From: an uncultured delta proteobacterium | Lineage (GTDB): Bacteria > Myxococcota > Kuafuiibacteriia > Kuafuiibacteriales > Kuafuiibacteriaceae | Length of the DNA: 64,000 bases | NCBI GenBank assembly: GCA_963803435.1 | Contig: CAWDML010000009.1 | Coordinates: 1,408,001 to 1,472,000, forward strand | Direction of reading: 5' to 3' | Shown: positions 1-9,887 of the stretch, piece after piece | How the letters are laid out: the number at the start of each line of letters is the position of its first letter | Position numbering within the stretch: the stretch's first letter is position 1 | The notes under the pieces: model-generated | Seen by the model: the letters and a program-made list of their open reading frames with translations, nothing else | Databases searched by the model: none | Told to the model about the DNA's origin: nothing | Program-made: the position numbers and the translations under genes

Positions 1-2419
1 CCTGGGCGGCCTGTGTCTGTCCCTGTCGCTGCAGCTGCGCGGCCTCCGAGCGGAGGTAGCGCGCGGTGTCGGCGTAAGCGTTGCCGAGGTTCTGCTTGTA
101 GAAGCTCTCGTTGGGGTTGATCGAGATGGCGCGCTTGATGTTCGAGATCTTGCGGTCGAGCTGCTCCATCGCGCTGTGGGCCCGGATGCGCTCGCCGACG
201 AACGCCTGCTCGGCGGAGTTGACCTCCAGACCGCCGTGGATCGTGTGACCGAGCAGCACCACGCCAATCAGCGCCAGCACCACCGACAGAACCATCGGCA
301 CCTCGTTCGAGACGGAGCCCGGCTCGCGCTTTCTGAACTCGGCCCAGTGCCGGGCGATGTTGACCCCGAGCGGGCGGGGGGCCTCGTCCGTGCAGGGCTC
401 GAAGAAGACCGCCGCGCACCCGAGCAGGAAGTAGAAGAAGACCGAGCACGCCACCGAGTCGAAGCCCGCAATCGAGTAGAACGCGTAGCTGAAGAACGAG
501 GTCACCACGCCGAACGCGAGCGCCCGTTCGGTCCGCGTGTAGGCCGCCGGGAGCTCCAGCGCGCCGATGCGCTCGAGCACGTTCCCCGCAGGATCGAAGC
601 CCGTCACGATGACCCGCCCCGGCTCCGACGAGGCCCGCAGCGCCTTGTCGGACTCGCCGATGAGGTCCGCCACGTCCTTCGAGGCAGGCGTGGAGAGGAA
701 CAGCCTCGGCTTCTCGGGATCTTCGACGATCTCCCACGCCGTGATGACGCCGGCGCTCGGCTCGCCCGCCTCGGTCTTCCCGAGCAGCCGGCGCGGCTTC
801 GCCAGGAAGCGCCGGAACGACTGGGAGAGCAGCCGCCAGAGCAACCAGAGATAGGCAGCCAGGCCCACGATCCCGAACGAGGCCAGCACGTACAGATAGT
901 TGTTGTGCGGGTTGTCGTGGTTCGTCATCGGGTCCATGGCCTCGAGCCGTTTGCTCTTGTGGCTCATGAACGCGTACCGATACGTCTCGATCCCGATGCC
1001 GAAGAACCAGACCTCGATCTTGCGCCAGGCGCTGTCGAACCGCTTCTGGGACTCGGTGAGCTTCTCCTTGACGGTGATGCCGTCGACGTCGCTGAGCACC
1101 ATCGGGAGGACGTGCTCCGCGTAGTCGTCGTGATCCTCGTAGAGGCGCTGGAGCGTCTCGCCGTGGTGGTAGAGAACCCGCGGACTCTCGCTCCACAGGA
1201 AGCGCCGCGTGCCCTGGCCCTTGCCGTAGTCGATCCGATCCGGATCGAACGCGGCCGGGATCGATCGGATCGTCTTCGCGTACAGGTGATCGCTGAACGC
1301 GACAAACAGCGACAGCGACAGCACCGACACTGCCAGGACCGAGTAGCAGGTGATCTGGATGATCCGCTTGCGCTCGGGGGCGTCGTTGAAGAGGCGGGGA
1401 AGCAGGATGAATCCCGCGGTGATCGCGACGCCCGTGCCGACCCAGGCGCCGCGCGTCCGCGTGAACGCCAGGCCGAGGAAGATACCGACCAGCATCGCCG
1501 CGATCCCGCCGGCCGCCAACGCATCCGCGGCGTAGCGGCTCTTCTCCTCCTTCAACCGGATCCCCTCGACGCCCCAGGTTCCGGCGGCCGCGCAGCCGAC
1601 GATGAGCGCGAGCGCCATGCCGACGCCGATCTTGAACAGCCGCTGCTTGTCGTCCGGCGCCAGGGTCTGACTGGCGCCCGCCACCGCGCCCAGCCCCAGG
1701 CAGAGCCCGAGGACCGCCGCGAAGCCGATCGCGAAGAGGATCAGCCCGGCGATGGGGCTCGCGCCCCAGCGCTTCTTGGCCACGGTGGTGGTGGCGCCCG
1801 TGATGGCGAGGAGCGTCGAGATGGGCGCGATCAACGCCAGCGCGTTGCCGGCGAAGGTGGCGTTCCCGAGCGTCGAGTAGACCTTGGTGTGGGGCTTGTC
1901 GAAGAAGCCGTACGGATCGATCCCGTGGGCCTGGAGCGCCGCGTAGATCCCGACGATGCCACCCACGATCGCGAGGACCCCGAGGCCGAGGACCGCCCCG
2001 CGACGCGAGGAGAAGCAGGTCGCGGTCACCACGAACAGGCCGATGCAGCCGAGAAAGCCCTGCAAGCCGAATTGACGCTCGTAGACGCCGTAGATGCTGG
2101 TGGCCGGATCGATCGAGAACAGCGTCGAGATGATGATCGCCGCGGTCAGCGCGAACACCGGGCCCACGAACAGCTTGATGCTCCCCCAGCGAAAGCCCCG
2201 GCCGAACAGACCGTAGAGGAGCCAGACCAGGAACACGCCGCCGCCGCCCACCTTGAGCGCGAGCGCCTTCGGCACGTCGAAGACGCGGTTGACGTCGAGC
2301 TTGAACCACAGGGCGACCAGGGCGACCGTCAGGATGGCCGCCCCGAGCAGGGCGACGTCGACGTATCCCGAGGCGATCGGTGGGAGCTCGGGCTCTTTGT
2401 CCCGCGCTTTGCGGCTCAC
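1..2419 (-). CDS. O-antigen ligase (Wzy_C)-like polytopic membrane protein with C-terminal TPR; 3' end beyond the window
   Basis: Manual translation from GTG 2419 gives many hydrophobic helices, a YSTLGNATFAG motif and a TPR-like segment IKRAISINPNESFYKQNLGNAY near position 100. It is missing from the ORF track because it has no stop in the window. Confidence 0.75.
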   Translation of the reverse strand, partial: MSRKARDKEPELPPIASGYVDVALLGAAILTVALVALWFKLDVNRVFDVPKALALKVGGGGVFLVWLLYGLFGRGFRWGSIKLFVGPVFALTAAIIISTLFSIDPATSIYGVYERQFGLQGFLGCIGLFVVTATCFSSRRGAVLGLGVLAIVGGIVGIYAALQAHGIDPYGFFDKPHTKVYSTLGNATFAGNALALIAPISTLLAITGATTTVAKKRWGASPIAGLILFAIGFAAVLGLCLGLGAVAGASQTLAPDDKQRLFKIGVGMALALIVGCAAAGTWGVEGIRLKEEKSRYAADALAAGGIAAMLVGIFLGLAFTRTRGAWVGTGVAITAGFILLPRLFNDAPERKRIIQITCYSVLAVSVLSLSLFVAFSDHLYAKTIRSIPAAFDPDRIDYGKGQGTRRFLWSESPRVLYHHGETLQRLYEDHDDYAEHVLPMVLSDVDGITVKEKLTESQKRFDSAWRKIEVWFFGIGIETYRYAFMSHKSKRLEAMDPMTNHDNPHNNYLYVLASFGIVGLAAYLWLLWRLLSQSFRRFLAKPRRLLGKTEAGEPSAGVITAWEIVEDPEKPRLFLSTPASKDVADLIGESDKALRASSEPGRVIVTGFDPAGNVLERIGALELPAAYTRTERALAFGVVTSFFSYAFYSIAGFDSVACSVFFYFLLGCAAVFFEPCTDEAPRPLGVNIARHWAEFRKREPGSVSNEVPMVLSVVLALIGVVLLGHTIHGGLEVNSAEQAFVGERIRAHSAMEQLDRKISNIKRAISINPNESFYKQNLGNAYADTARYLRSEAAQLQRQGQTQAAQ

Positions 2420-2507
2420 CTCGGGACGGTTAGGTCCTCGGTAGCCGCGATGTAAAGGGCCGTTTACCTGCCCCCGACACTCTGATAGCTAACACCGCTC
2501 GGCCCTG

Positions 2508-4118
2508 ATGTTCGAGACGATCGCCAAGGGCTTCAAGACGGCGAAGCAAAAGCTGCTCGGAGACGGGATCTCCGAGGAGGCGCTGGAGGGCGCGATCCGG
2601 GACATCCGGATGTCGCTCCTCGAGGCCGACGTCGACCTGGACGTCTCGAAGAGCTTCCTCGAGCGTGTCCGGGAGCGGGCCAAGGTCGAGGTGGTCGCCA
2701 AGGTTGCGACCCTGGTCCTCAAGGACGGCAAGCAGCGCGAGATCACGCCCTACCACCGCTTCGTCGCCATCTGTCAGGAGGAGCTCGAGACCCTGATGGG
2801 CGGCGCAGGGACGGCGCACATCGACTTCGATCCGATGGGGGTGACGGCCGTGATGATGGTCGGCCTCCAGGGCTCCGGCAAGACCACGACCGCCGCCAAG
2901 ATCGCACGGTGGATGACCGAGCGGCTCGAGAAGAAGGTCACCCTGGTGGCCGCCGACGTGCAGCGCCCGGCCGCCATCGATCAGCTGGAGCGCCTCGGCG
3001 AGCAGATCCAGGTCCCGGTCTTCTCGCAGCGGGGCGGCGATCCGCTCCAGCTCTGCGGCGACGCCCTCGCCAAGGCCGGCAAGCAGAGCCGCGACGTCGT
3101 CATCTTCGATACCGCCGGCCGTCTCGCCATCGACGAGGCGCTGATGGCCGAGCTCGAGCGGATCAAGGCGCGCACCAAGCCCCAGGAGATCCTGCTGGTG
3201 GTCGACGCCATGATCGGCCAGGACGCGGTGCGCACCGCCAAGGCCTTCGACGATCGCCTCGGCATCACCGGCTTCGTGATGACGAAGCTCGACGGCGACG
3301 CCCGCGGCGGCGCGGCGCTGTCGATCAAGGAGATCACGGGCAAGCCGATCAAGTTCCTCGGGACCGGCGAGACCCTGGACGCGCTCGAAGCCTTCCGGGC
3401 CGACGGCCTGGCCTCGCGGATCCTGGGGATGGGCGACGTCGTCGGGCTGGTGAAGGAGTTCGAGCGCCACGTCGACGCCGACAAGGCCGAGGAGGACGCC
3501 GAGCGGATGTTCCGCGGCCAGTTCGACATGGCCGACTTCGTCGAACAGATCGGGATCCTCAAGAAGATGGGCTCCCTCCAGGAGCTGTTCGATCGGATGC
3601 CCATGTTCCAGGAGGGCGCCCCCGACGGGTTCCGGCCCGACGAGCGCGAGTTCACCAAGATCATCGCGGTGCACGACTCGATGACGCCGGTGGAGCGCCG
3701 GCGGCCGGCGCTGGCCCGGGAGCAGACGCGCCTCCATCGCATCGGGAAGGGCTGCGGGCGCCCCGAGAAACAGGTGCTGGAGGTGCTCGCGAAGTTCGAC
3801 ACCATGCGCCGCATGATGATCGCGCTGGGCGATCAGCCGTCCCTGCTCACCAAGCTCCCCGGCTTCAGCCAGCTGGCCCAGGTGCGCAAGCTCCGGGGGC
3901 TCGATCTGGCCGAGCTGTTCGGCGACGCGTTCGAGCTGCCGCCCGAGCCCGACGAGGACGAGGACGACGCCGACGAACCGGAGGTCGGGGCCGCCGCGAA
4001 ACGCAAGCGGGAGTACTTCTCACACATCACGAAGCCTCCGCCGCCCAAGAAGATCGACCGCGACAAGCAGAAGAAGAAGCGGAAGATGGCGAAGAAGGCC
4101 AAGAAGCGCCGGAAGTGA
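2508..4118 (+). CDS. ffh: Signal recognition particle protein Ffh (SRP54)
   Basis: LLEADV, GLQGSGKTTT, DTAGR, TKLDGDARGGAALS, SRILGMGD, then an M domain with SM motif and an acidic then Lys-rich tail. Confidence 0.95.
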   Translation: MFETIAKGFKTAKQKLLGDGISEEALEGAIRDIRMSLLEADVDLDVSKSFLERVRERAKVEVVAKVATLVLKDGKQREITPYHRFVAICQEELETLMGGAGTAHIDFDPMGVTAVMMVGLQGSGKTTTAAKIARWMTERLEKKVTLVAADVQRPAAIDQLERLGEQIQVPVFSQRGGDPLQLCGDALAKAGKQSRDVVIFDTAGRLAIDEALMAELERIKARTKPQEILLVVDAMIGQDAVRTAKAFDDRLGITGFVMTKLDGDARGGAALSIKEITGKPIKFLGTGETLDALEAFRADGLASRILGMGDVVGLVKEFERHVDADKAEEDAERMFRGQFDMADFVEQIGILKKMGSLQELFDRMPMFQEGAPDGFRPDEREFTKIIAVHDSMTPVERRRPALAREQTRLHRIGKGCGRPEKQVLEVLAKFDTMRRMMIALGDQPSLLTKLPGFSQLAQVRKLRGLDLAELFGDAFELPPEPDEDEDDADEPEVGAAAKRKREYFSHITKPPPPKKIDRDKQKKKRKMAKKAKKRRK

Positions 4119-4178
4119 TGATCACGCCGAATCGTCCGATGAGGACGCCTTCCGCGCTCGCTACATTCCGGTAAGAGC

Positions 4179-4817
4179 ATGAACACGAGGAGTTTGGTGG
4201 CCGCGGCGTCCTTCGTCCTGACGACGGCGCTCGCGGCGAACGCATCCGCAACGGACGTCTCCGAGATCAGCGCGGACGACTACTACGGCGCCGCCTATTT
4301 CAAGCAGGCGCTCGACCATCCGAAGGTCGCGAAGCAGACCAGCCGCAACCGGCAGATCGCCGTGGTCGCCCGCGACATCCACTGGCAGCCGAAGAAGCTG
4401 AGCAAGGCGATCGACAAGGTCGACGGGCTCGCGGGGGACCCCATCGATCTCGCCGCCAGCGCGATCAAGCACGGCGTCTCCGGGACGCGGGTCGCGGGCC
4501 GGGTGCTCGACGTCCTCATCAACGCCGACGAGCCGAAGCACGTCGTGGTCTACATCCGGTTCCAGGGATCGACCGCGAAGGACGTGGTGAAAGATGCCTC
4601 GACGATCGCGAGCGTGGTGGCGCGCAAGGTGCCGTTCGTGTCGACGCTCTCACTCTCGGCGATCCACCCGAAAGCACCCAAGGACAGCAAGACGAGCGTG
4701 TGGTCGGCGAAGATCGGCCGCATGGCGATGACCCGCATCGAGTCCAACCGGATCGACGACTATGCCGAGCGCCTCTACAAGGGCCTGTTCGAGGGTGTGG
4801 AAGAGCGCCCCTTCTGA
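4179..4817 (+). CDS. Secreted hypothetical protein
   Basis: Sec-type signal peptide (ALAANASA); GC3-rich codon usage. Confidence 0.75.
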   Translation: MNTRSLVAAASFVLTTALAANASATDVSEISADDYYGAAYFKQALDHPKVAKQTSRNRQIAVVARDIHWQPKKLSKAIDKVDGLAGDPIDLAASAIKHGVSGTRVAGRVLDVLINADEPKHVVVYIRFQGSTAKDVVKDASTIASVVARKVPFVSTLSLSAIHPKAPKDSKTSVWSAKIGRMAMTRIESNRIDDYAERLYKGLFEGVEERPF

Positions 4818-4907
4818 GCACACGTCGGACGGACCTCCCAGGTTTGACCCTGGTCCAGGGGGGTCGTAACCTCGTTCTCTGGGCTCAGAGTGCTCGCCGG
4901 CCAACCA

Positions 4908-7900
4908 GTGACCTCTCCGCACGAGCGCATCGGACGCTACGAGGTCCTCCGTAAGATCGCGACGGGCGGCATGGCGGAGCTCTTTCTCGCCAAGCAGGTC
5001 GGGATGGAGGGCTTCGAGAAGGTCGTCGCGATCAAGCGGATCCTCGCGCATCTCGCCTACGACGAAGAGTTCATCAACATGTTCCGGGACGAGGCCCGGA
5101 TCGTCGCCAAGCTCTCGCATCCCAACATCGTCCAGATCTACGACCTCGGGAAATCCGACGACACCTACTTCATCGCGATGGAGTACATCCCGGGCCGCAA
5201 CCTCTCGAGCATCGCCAAGCGCGCGAAGCTGAAGGAGGAGCGGATCCCGCCCGAGTACATCGGACGCTGCGTCGCACAGGCCTGCGAAGGGCTCTACTAC
5301 GCGCACACCCGCAAGGACATCGACGGGCGTCCCCTCCGGATCGTCCATCGTGACGTCTCCCCGCAGAACATCATCGTGTCGTTCTCGGGCACCGTGAAGC
5401 TGGTCGACTTCGGCATCGCGAAGGCCGCCACCAAGATCGCGCATACGCGCGCGGGAGTGTTGAAAGGTAAGTACGCGTACATGTCCCCGGAGCAGATCAA
5501 GGGCGAGGAGATCGACGCGCGCTCGGATCTGTTTGCGGTCGGCATCGTCCTCTACGAGCTGATGGCGGGCCGACGTCCCTTCGAGAAGGACAACTCGATC
5601 CAGACGCTCAAGGCGATCGTCCAGGAGCCGCACCGCGATGTCCGCGAGCTGAACCCCGACGTTCCCGAGGAGCTCTCCCGCATCATCGACAAGGCGCTCG
5701 CGAAGGACGCCGCCGAGCGCTACCAGGACGCTCAGGAGATCCAGATCGCGCTGGAGGACTTCGTCAGCAACAGCGCGAACCGCTGCAACAACATCACCAT
5801 CAGCAACTGGGTCCAGGGCCTGTTCGCCGAGGAGCTGTCCCGCGAACGCGGCGGAACGATGGTGTTCCAGGGCGTGGGCGAGGTCATCCTTCCCGAAGTC
5901 GAGTCCCCCGATCCCGAGCAGAGGTCGCCCTCGGCCGACCTCGATCCGTCCGAGCCGCTCCCGCTGGAGCGGGGTCGCGGCGGCGGGAGCGTGGATGCGC
6001 GGCCGCCGATCCAAGCGCCGTCGAACTCGCTGATCGAGTCGCTCGCCGAGTACCAGTCCGGGCGTCGCAGCCTGATCGAGGAGGAGGTCCTCGAGCGACC
6101 TCGCCCGGTGTCGAGCAGCAGCGGCGGCTTCGACGACGATGCCACCGTCCACATGATCGAGGCCACGGCCCCCCCCGAGACCGGCGACGTGCTGGCTGAG
6201 GGCGAGATCGACCGGCCCCTCAAGCCGATGGTCTTCGACGACTCGAAGACGGAGTTCTCACCGCCCTCGCACGATCTGGACGAGAGCGCGCCGCACGTCG
6301 AGATGGTGGACGACGACACCTCCGAGCACGGAGTCGTGGATCGACCGCGCACCGGAGACTCGGACGTCTGGGACGAGGCCACGATCGGCTTTCCGGACGG
6401 TAGCCGCGGGGACGCGCCCACGATCTCGCCCGATCGTCCGCTCGAGCCCGACGCGGCGAGCGTCGAGGCGGCCGCGCTGCTCGACGCTGAGCACGGCGGG
6501 TTGTCGGACGATGAAGCGTGGGGGGATCTCTCGGGCAGCTTCGACGGCGGCGCGCGGCCGGGGCCCGAGCCGGATCTGTGGGACGACAAGACTGCGCAGA
6601 ACAACGACGCGTACCTCGCGGCTGCGATCATCGCGCCCACGATCGAGGACATGGGCTCGGACTTCGTGCTCATTCCCGGGTTCAGCGACGACTCGAGCGA
6701 GATCCAGGCGGCCGACGTCATCGGCGACGCGACGATCGCGGTCCCCGCCCTCGAAGACGACGAGCTGTTCGCGGACGAGAACGACGAAGGCGAGGGCGAC
6801 TTCGAGGGCGAGGCCACCATCGCAGCGCCCGGTCTGATCTTCCCCGATGACTCGAGCGGCGGCTTCGGCGAGGACGCCACGCTCCACATCGGCGAGATGG
6901 GTCTGGACGATAGCGGCGGCTGGGCCAGCGACGCCACGATCGCCGCGGCCGATCCCATCCACCACGCCGAGGAGGAGGAGATCGAGGTCCCGATGCTCTC
7001 CGACGAGACGATGCCCTCGGTCGACGTCGAGCCCGAGCTGCCCGAGGGCGTGGACCTGTCGCGCGACATCGATCAGGACGGCGCCACGCTCGCCGGGGTG
7101 ACCTCGGACTTCCTCAACGCCGGGGTGCGCCCGCCGATCGATACCTACGATCGCTCGAGCAGCGTGCTCCCCCGCCGCGAGACCAAGCAAGAGCGCCTGG
7201 GCGCGATCAAGCTCAGCAAGGTCCCCGTCATGCCGGACTCGGGGATCTTCGAGACCGGCTTTGGCACCTCCGAGGAGGTGACCGAGGGCGAGCTCGACGG
7301 CGATCCGCCAGCCCAACACCCGCGCGTCGAGCCGCGGCCGGTCTCCGATCTCGACTTCGAGTTCGAGGACAGCGCGTATGATGAGCACGAGCTCCCCAGC
7401 AAGGTGAAGTCGAGCAAGCTCGACCGCGAGGCGCACAAGGAGCTCTACGACGCCGCGCAACAGGAGTACTCGGCGCTGGTGGCGCCGAAGACGCTCGAGC
7501 CTCTCAACCCGCAGAAGAACCCGATGCACATCGGGAGCACGAACGTCCCTCCGGCGGCGCTCTCGCTCTCCGAGATGCTCGCCGATCCCAAGGTCCGGAT
7601 GCCGAGCATCCGAAGCGCCACCATGCTGGGGCGCCAGATCCGCGAGGTCGTCCGAACGCCCAACGACGGCCCCAGGGTGGGGGAGGCTCCGCAACCAGCG
7701 ATCGTGCCGAGCCTGCAGATGCCGCCGCCGGCACCTGCGTCGCCCTCTCAGCACGCGGTCCATCCCCAGTATCCGCAGTATCCGCAGTATCCGCAGTATC
7801 CGCAGGGCGAGCTCAATGATCCGGAGCTCATGAATGCGCCGATCCCGTACGAGCCGGCTCCGCGCCCGCGCGCGCGGCTGCTGATGGCGGCGCTGATCGC

Positions 7901-8204
7901 TGTCGGCGTGGCCTGCCTGGCGACGATGGCGTACTACCTGATCCCGCTCCTGGCGCCCTCGAACCAGCACCTCACGATCCGCACCACGCCCGTGGGTGCG
8001 ACGGTCTTCGTGGACGACATCGCGCAGGAGGGCACCACGCCGATCACGATCAAGGGCCTGGAACCGGGCACGTCGTACCAGATCCGGCTGGAGCGCGAGG
8101 GTTACGAGTCGATCGCCAGGGAGGTGCGGCTGCCGCCGAACCGACCGCTCATCTGGCAGATCCCGCTCAAGCCGAAGCCGACCATCACCTCGATCACGAA
8201 CTGA
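4908..8204 (+). CDS. Hanks-type Ser/Thr protein kinase with long acidic linker, TM helix and C-terminal PEGA-like domain
   Basis: ATGGMAE, VAIKR, HRDVSPQN, DFGIAK, YMSPEQ; TM LLMAALIAVGVACLATMAYYLI; IRTTPVGATVFVD. Start taken as GTG 4908 (4890 is possible). Confidence 0.92.
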   Translation: MTSPHERIGRYEVLRKIATGGMAELFLAKQVGMEGFEKVVAIKRILAHLAYDEEFINMFRDEARIVAKLSHPNIVQIYDLGKSDDTYFIAMEYIPGRNLSSIAKRAKLKEERIPPEYIGRCVAQACEGLYYAHTRKDIDGRPLRIVHRDVSPQNIIVSFSGTVKLVDFGIAKAATKIAHTRAGVLKGKYAYMSPEQIKGEEIDARSDLFAVGIVLYELMAGRRPFEKDNSIQTLKAIVQEPHRDVRELNPDVPEELSRIIDKALAKDAAERYQDAQEIQIALEDFVSNSANRCNNITISNWVQGLFAEELSRERGGTMVFQGVGEVILPEVESPDPEQRSPSADLDPSEPLPLERGRGGGSVDARPPIQAPSNSLIESLAEYQSGRRSLIEEEVLERPRPVSSSSGGFDDDATVHMIEATAPPETGDVLAEGEIDRPLKPMVFDDSKTEFSPPSHDLDESAPHVEMVDDDTSEHGVVDRPRTGDSDVWDEATIGFPDGSRGDAPTISPDRPLEPDAASVEAAALLDAEHGGLSDDEAWGDLSGSFDGGARPGPEPDLWDDKTAQNNDAYLAAAIIAPTIEDMGSDFVLIPGFSDDSSEIQAADVIGDATIAVPALEDDELFADENDEGEGDFEGEATIAAPGLIFPDDSSGGFGEDATLHIGEMGLDDSGGWASDATIAAADPIHHAEEEEIEVPMLSDETMPSVDVEPELPEGVDLSRDIDQDGATLAGVTSDFLNAGVRPPIDTYDRSSSVLPRRETKQERLGAIKLSKVPVMPDSGIFETGFGTSEEVTEGELDGDPPAQHPRVEPRPVSDLDFEFEDSAYDEHELPSKVKSSKLDREAHKELYDAAQQEYSALVAPKTLEPLNPQKNPMHIGSTNVPPAALSLSEMLADPKVRMPSIRSATMLGRQIREVVRTPNDGPRVGEAPQPAIVPSLQMPPPAPASPSQHAVHPQYPQYPQYPQYPQGELNDPELMNAPIPYEPAPRPRARLLMAALIAVGVACLATMAYYLIPLLAPSNQHLTIRTTPVGATVFVDDIAQEGTTPITIKGLEPGTSYQIRLEREGYESIAREVRLPPNRPLIWQIPLKPKPTITSITN
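7768..7805 (+). repeat. In-frame 9-bp tandem repeat (CAGTATCCG)x4 encoding QYP repeats in the kinase linker
   Basis: Seen directly: cagtatccg cagtatccg cagtatccg cagtatccg ca. Confidence 0.9.
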
Positions 8205-9250
8205 GGAACGAAGCCTCGCCTGCGATCTCGAAGCACCGCGCCACCTCGGCCGGCGTCAGGATGTCGGCCGCCACCAGGAGCTCCGCCTCGCGGCGCAGGT
8301 CGGTCGCCAGCATGTAGGTGGCGTCGGTGTTGATGGTGAAGCGCACCCGGTGATCGAGGAACGTCCGCAGGACGAACCGCATCTCCTCGAGGTCACGCAC
8401 GGCGCGCGTGTGGAGGTTGGACGTGGGACAAATCTCGAGCACCACGCCTTCGTCGCGGAGGATCCGCATGGCCTCGTCGCTGTACGCTGCCCGGATGCCG
8501 TGTCCGATGCGGTTCGGCTTCAAGTGGCGGACCACCGCGATGACGCCGTCGGCGCCGGTATCGGGGGTCTCGCCGGTGTGCACCGTGGTGCGGAGGCCCG
8601 CCTGGCGCGCCTTCTCGAAGAGACCGGCGAAGCGTTGCGCCGAGCGAAGGTCGAGCTCGAATCTGATGCTCCTCGGTGCCTGCCAGATCGATCCCCACCA
8701 CGCCCCGGGAGAGGTAGCGGATGGCCTTGTCCACGATGATCTCGTTGAGCTCGGCCGAGAACTCGCGCGCCAGGCAGAAGATGAGACCTGCGTCGAGGCC
8801 GTACTCGAGGCACGCGCGATCCATCCCGCGCAACGCGGCGTGGATGATGTGGTCGAGATCGCGCTCTCCGCCCAGGTTGCGCTTCATCGGGTTGAAACGG
8901 AGCTCCATCGTCTTGACGCGCGAGCCGCGATACTCCTTCGCCAGGATCTCGTAGACCGAGCGCTCCATGGCGGCCGGGCTGGATTGGATCTTCTCGGTCC
9001 AGGTGTGGAGGATGTCGAGATAGTCCTTGAGGCTCTTCACCTTCTCCGGGGTGGAGGTGACCAGATCGACGAACTCGAAGTAGTCGCGCACCGGCAGCTT
9101 GAAGCCCTGGTCGTGCGCCATCGAGAACAGGATGTGGGGTGCGACCGCGCCGCCGGCGTGGAGGTGGAGCTCCGTGAGGAACTCCGGGATCCCGGGGATG
9201 GTTCGGCGCTCGGGATCGCGTAGGTACGGGATGGGGGTGGTCTCACTCAA
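8194..9250 (-). CDS. add: Adenosine/adenine deaminase family protein, split by a +1 frameshift near 8661
   Basis: ELHLH, GVVGIDLAG in the upstream ORF; HTGET, RIGHG, LEICPTSN, TINTD in the downstream ORF. Removing one base of GATTC (8659-8663) joins them. Confidence 0.85.
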
Positions 9251-9887
9251 CGGCCATCGCTCCTTCGAGCCGGAGACTGCTCATGATCGCCTGGACCTCG
9301 GCGCTCACGGTCTCGGCATCCTCCGCGAGGTAGGTCGCGGAGAGCGTGACGATGACACGAGAGCCTTCCGGAGGTCGACGAAGGACGACGAGCGAGCGAT
9401 GGACGACCTCCTTGGGCGGCGCGCTACCTGCCCTGACCAGGTACGCGATCTCGACGTCACCGACCTCCTCCCGGCCCACGAAACGCGAGCTCATCGCGCT
9501 GCGCGTGAGCCCCACGTTCGCCGCCGAGTCGAGGCTCTTCAAATCCTGGAGTGTCTGATCGAAGACCTCCTGCGGGTTCTTCCGTGCGGTCGGCTCGACC
9601 GTCACGACCAACCGTGGCGGGACCAGGAAGGACTTGCCCATCCCCACGCGGTGAGCCTGGGCCACCACCTGGACCGACTCGGCGCGGGTCGTCACGGAGG
9701 GCGAGCCGTCGGCGCCCAACGCCGGGGCGGCGTCGACCATGTCCTGCACCCACCCCATCGGCAGCGTCACGAAGACGCCGGCCGCCTCCGCGCCGAACGC
9801 CCTCAACGGGCCCGCATCCTCGGCGACCGGCTTCGCCTCCTCCTTGCACGCTGAAAGCGCGAACAAGAGGAAGAGCGCGGTCCTCAC
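9243..9887 (-). CDS. Hypothetical lipoprotein
   Basis: Lipobox LSAC; overlaps both neighbours as in an operon. Confidence 0.75.
   Translation of the reverse strand: MRTALFLLFALSACKEEAKPVAEDAGPLRAFGAEAAGVFVTLPMGWVQDMVDAAPALGADGSPSVTTRAESVQVVAQAHRVGMGKSFLVPPRLVVTVEPTARKNPQEVFDQTLQDLKSLDSAANVGLTRSAMSSRFVGREEVGDVEIAYLVRAGSAPPKEVVHRSLVVLRRPPEGSRVIVTLSATYLAEDAETVSAEVQAIMSSLRLEGAMAVE

Noticed and set aside
176-2455. 759-aa + strand ORF, and similar long ORFs such as 18060-20078, 19982-22141, 29596-32517 and 39865-43140
   Set aside because: Antisense shadows of real genes in high-GC DNA; Arg/His/Gly-rich with no motifs.
4832-4865. Intrinsic terminator hairpin after the 4179 gene
   Set aside because: Imperfect stem with no U-tract; too weak to call.
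7768-7805. Phase-variable repeat
   Set aside because: The 9-bp unit keeps the frame and only changes linker length.
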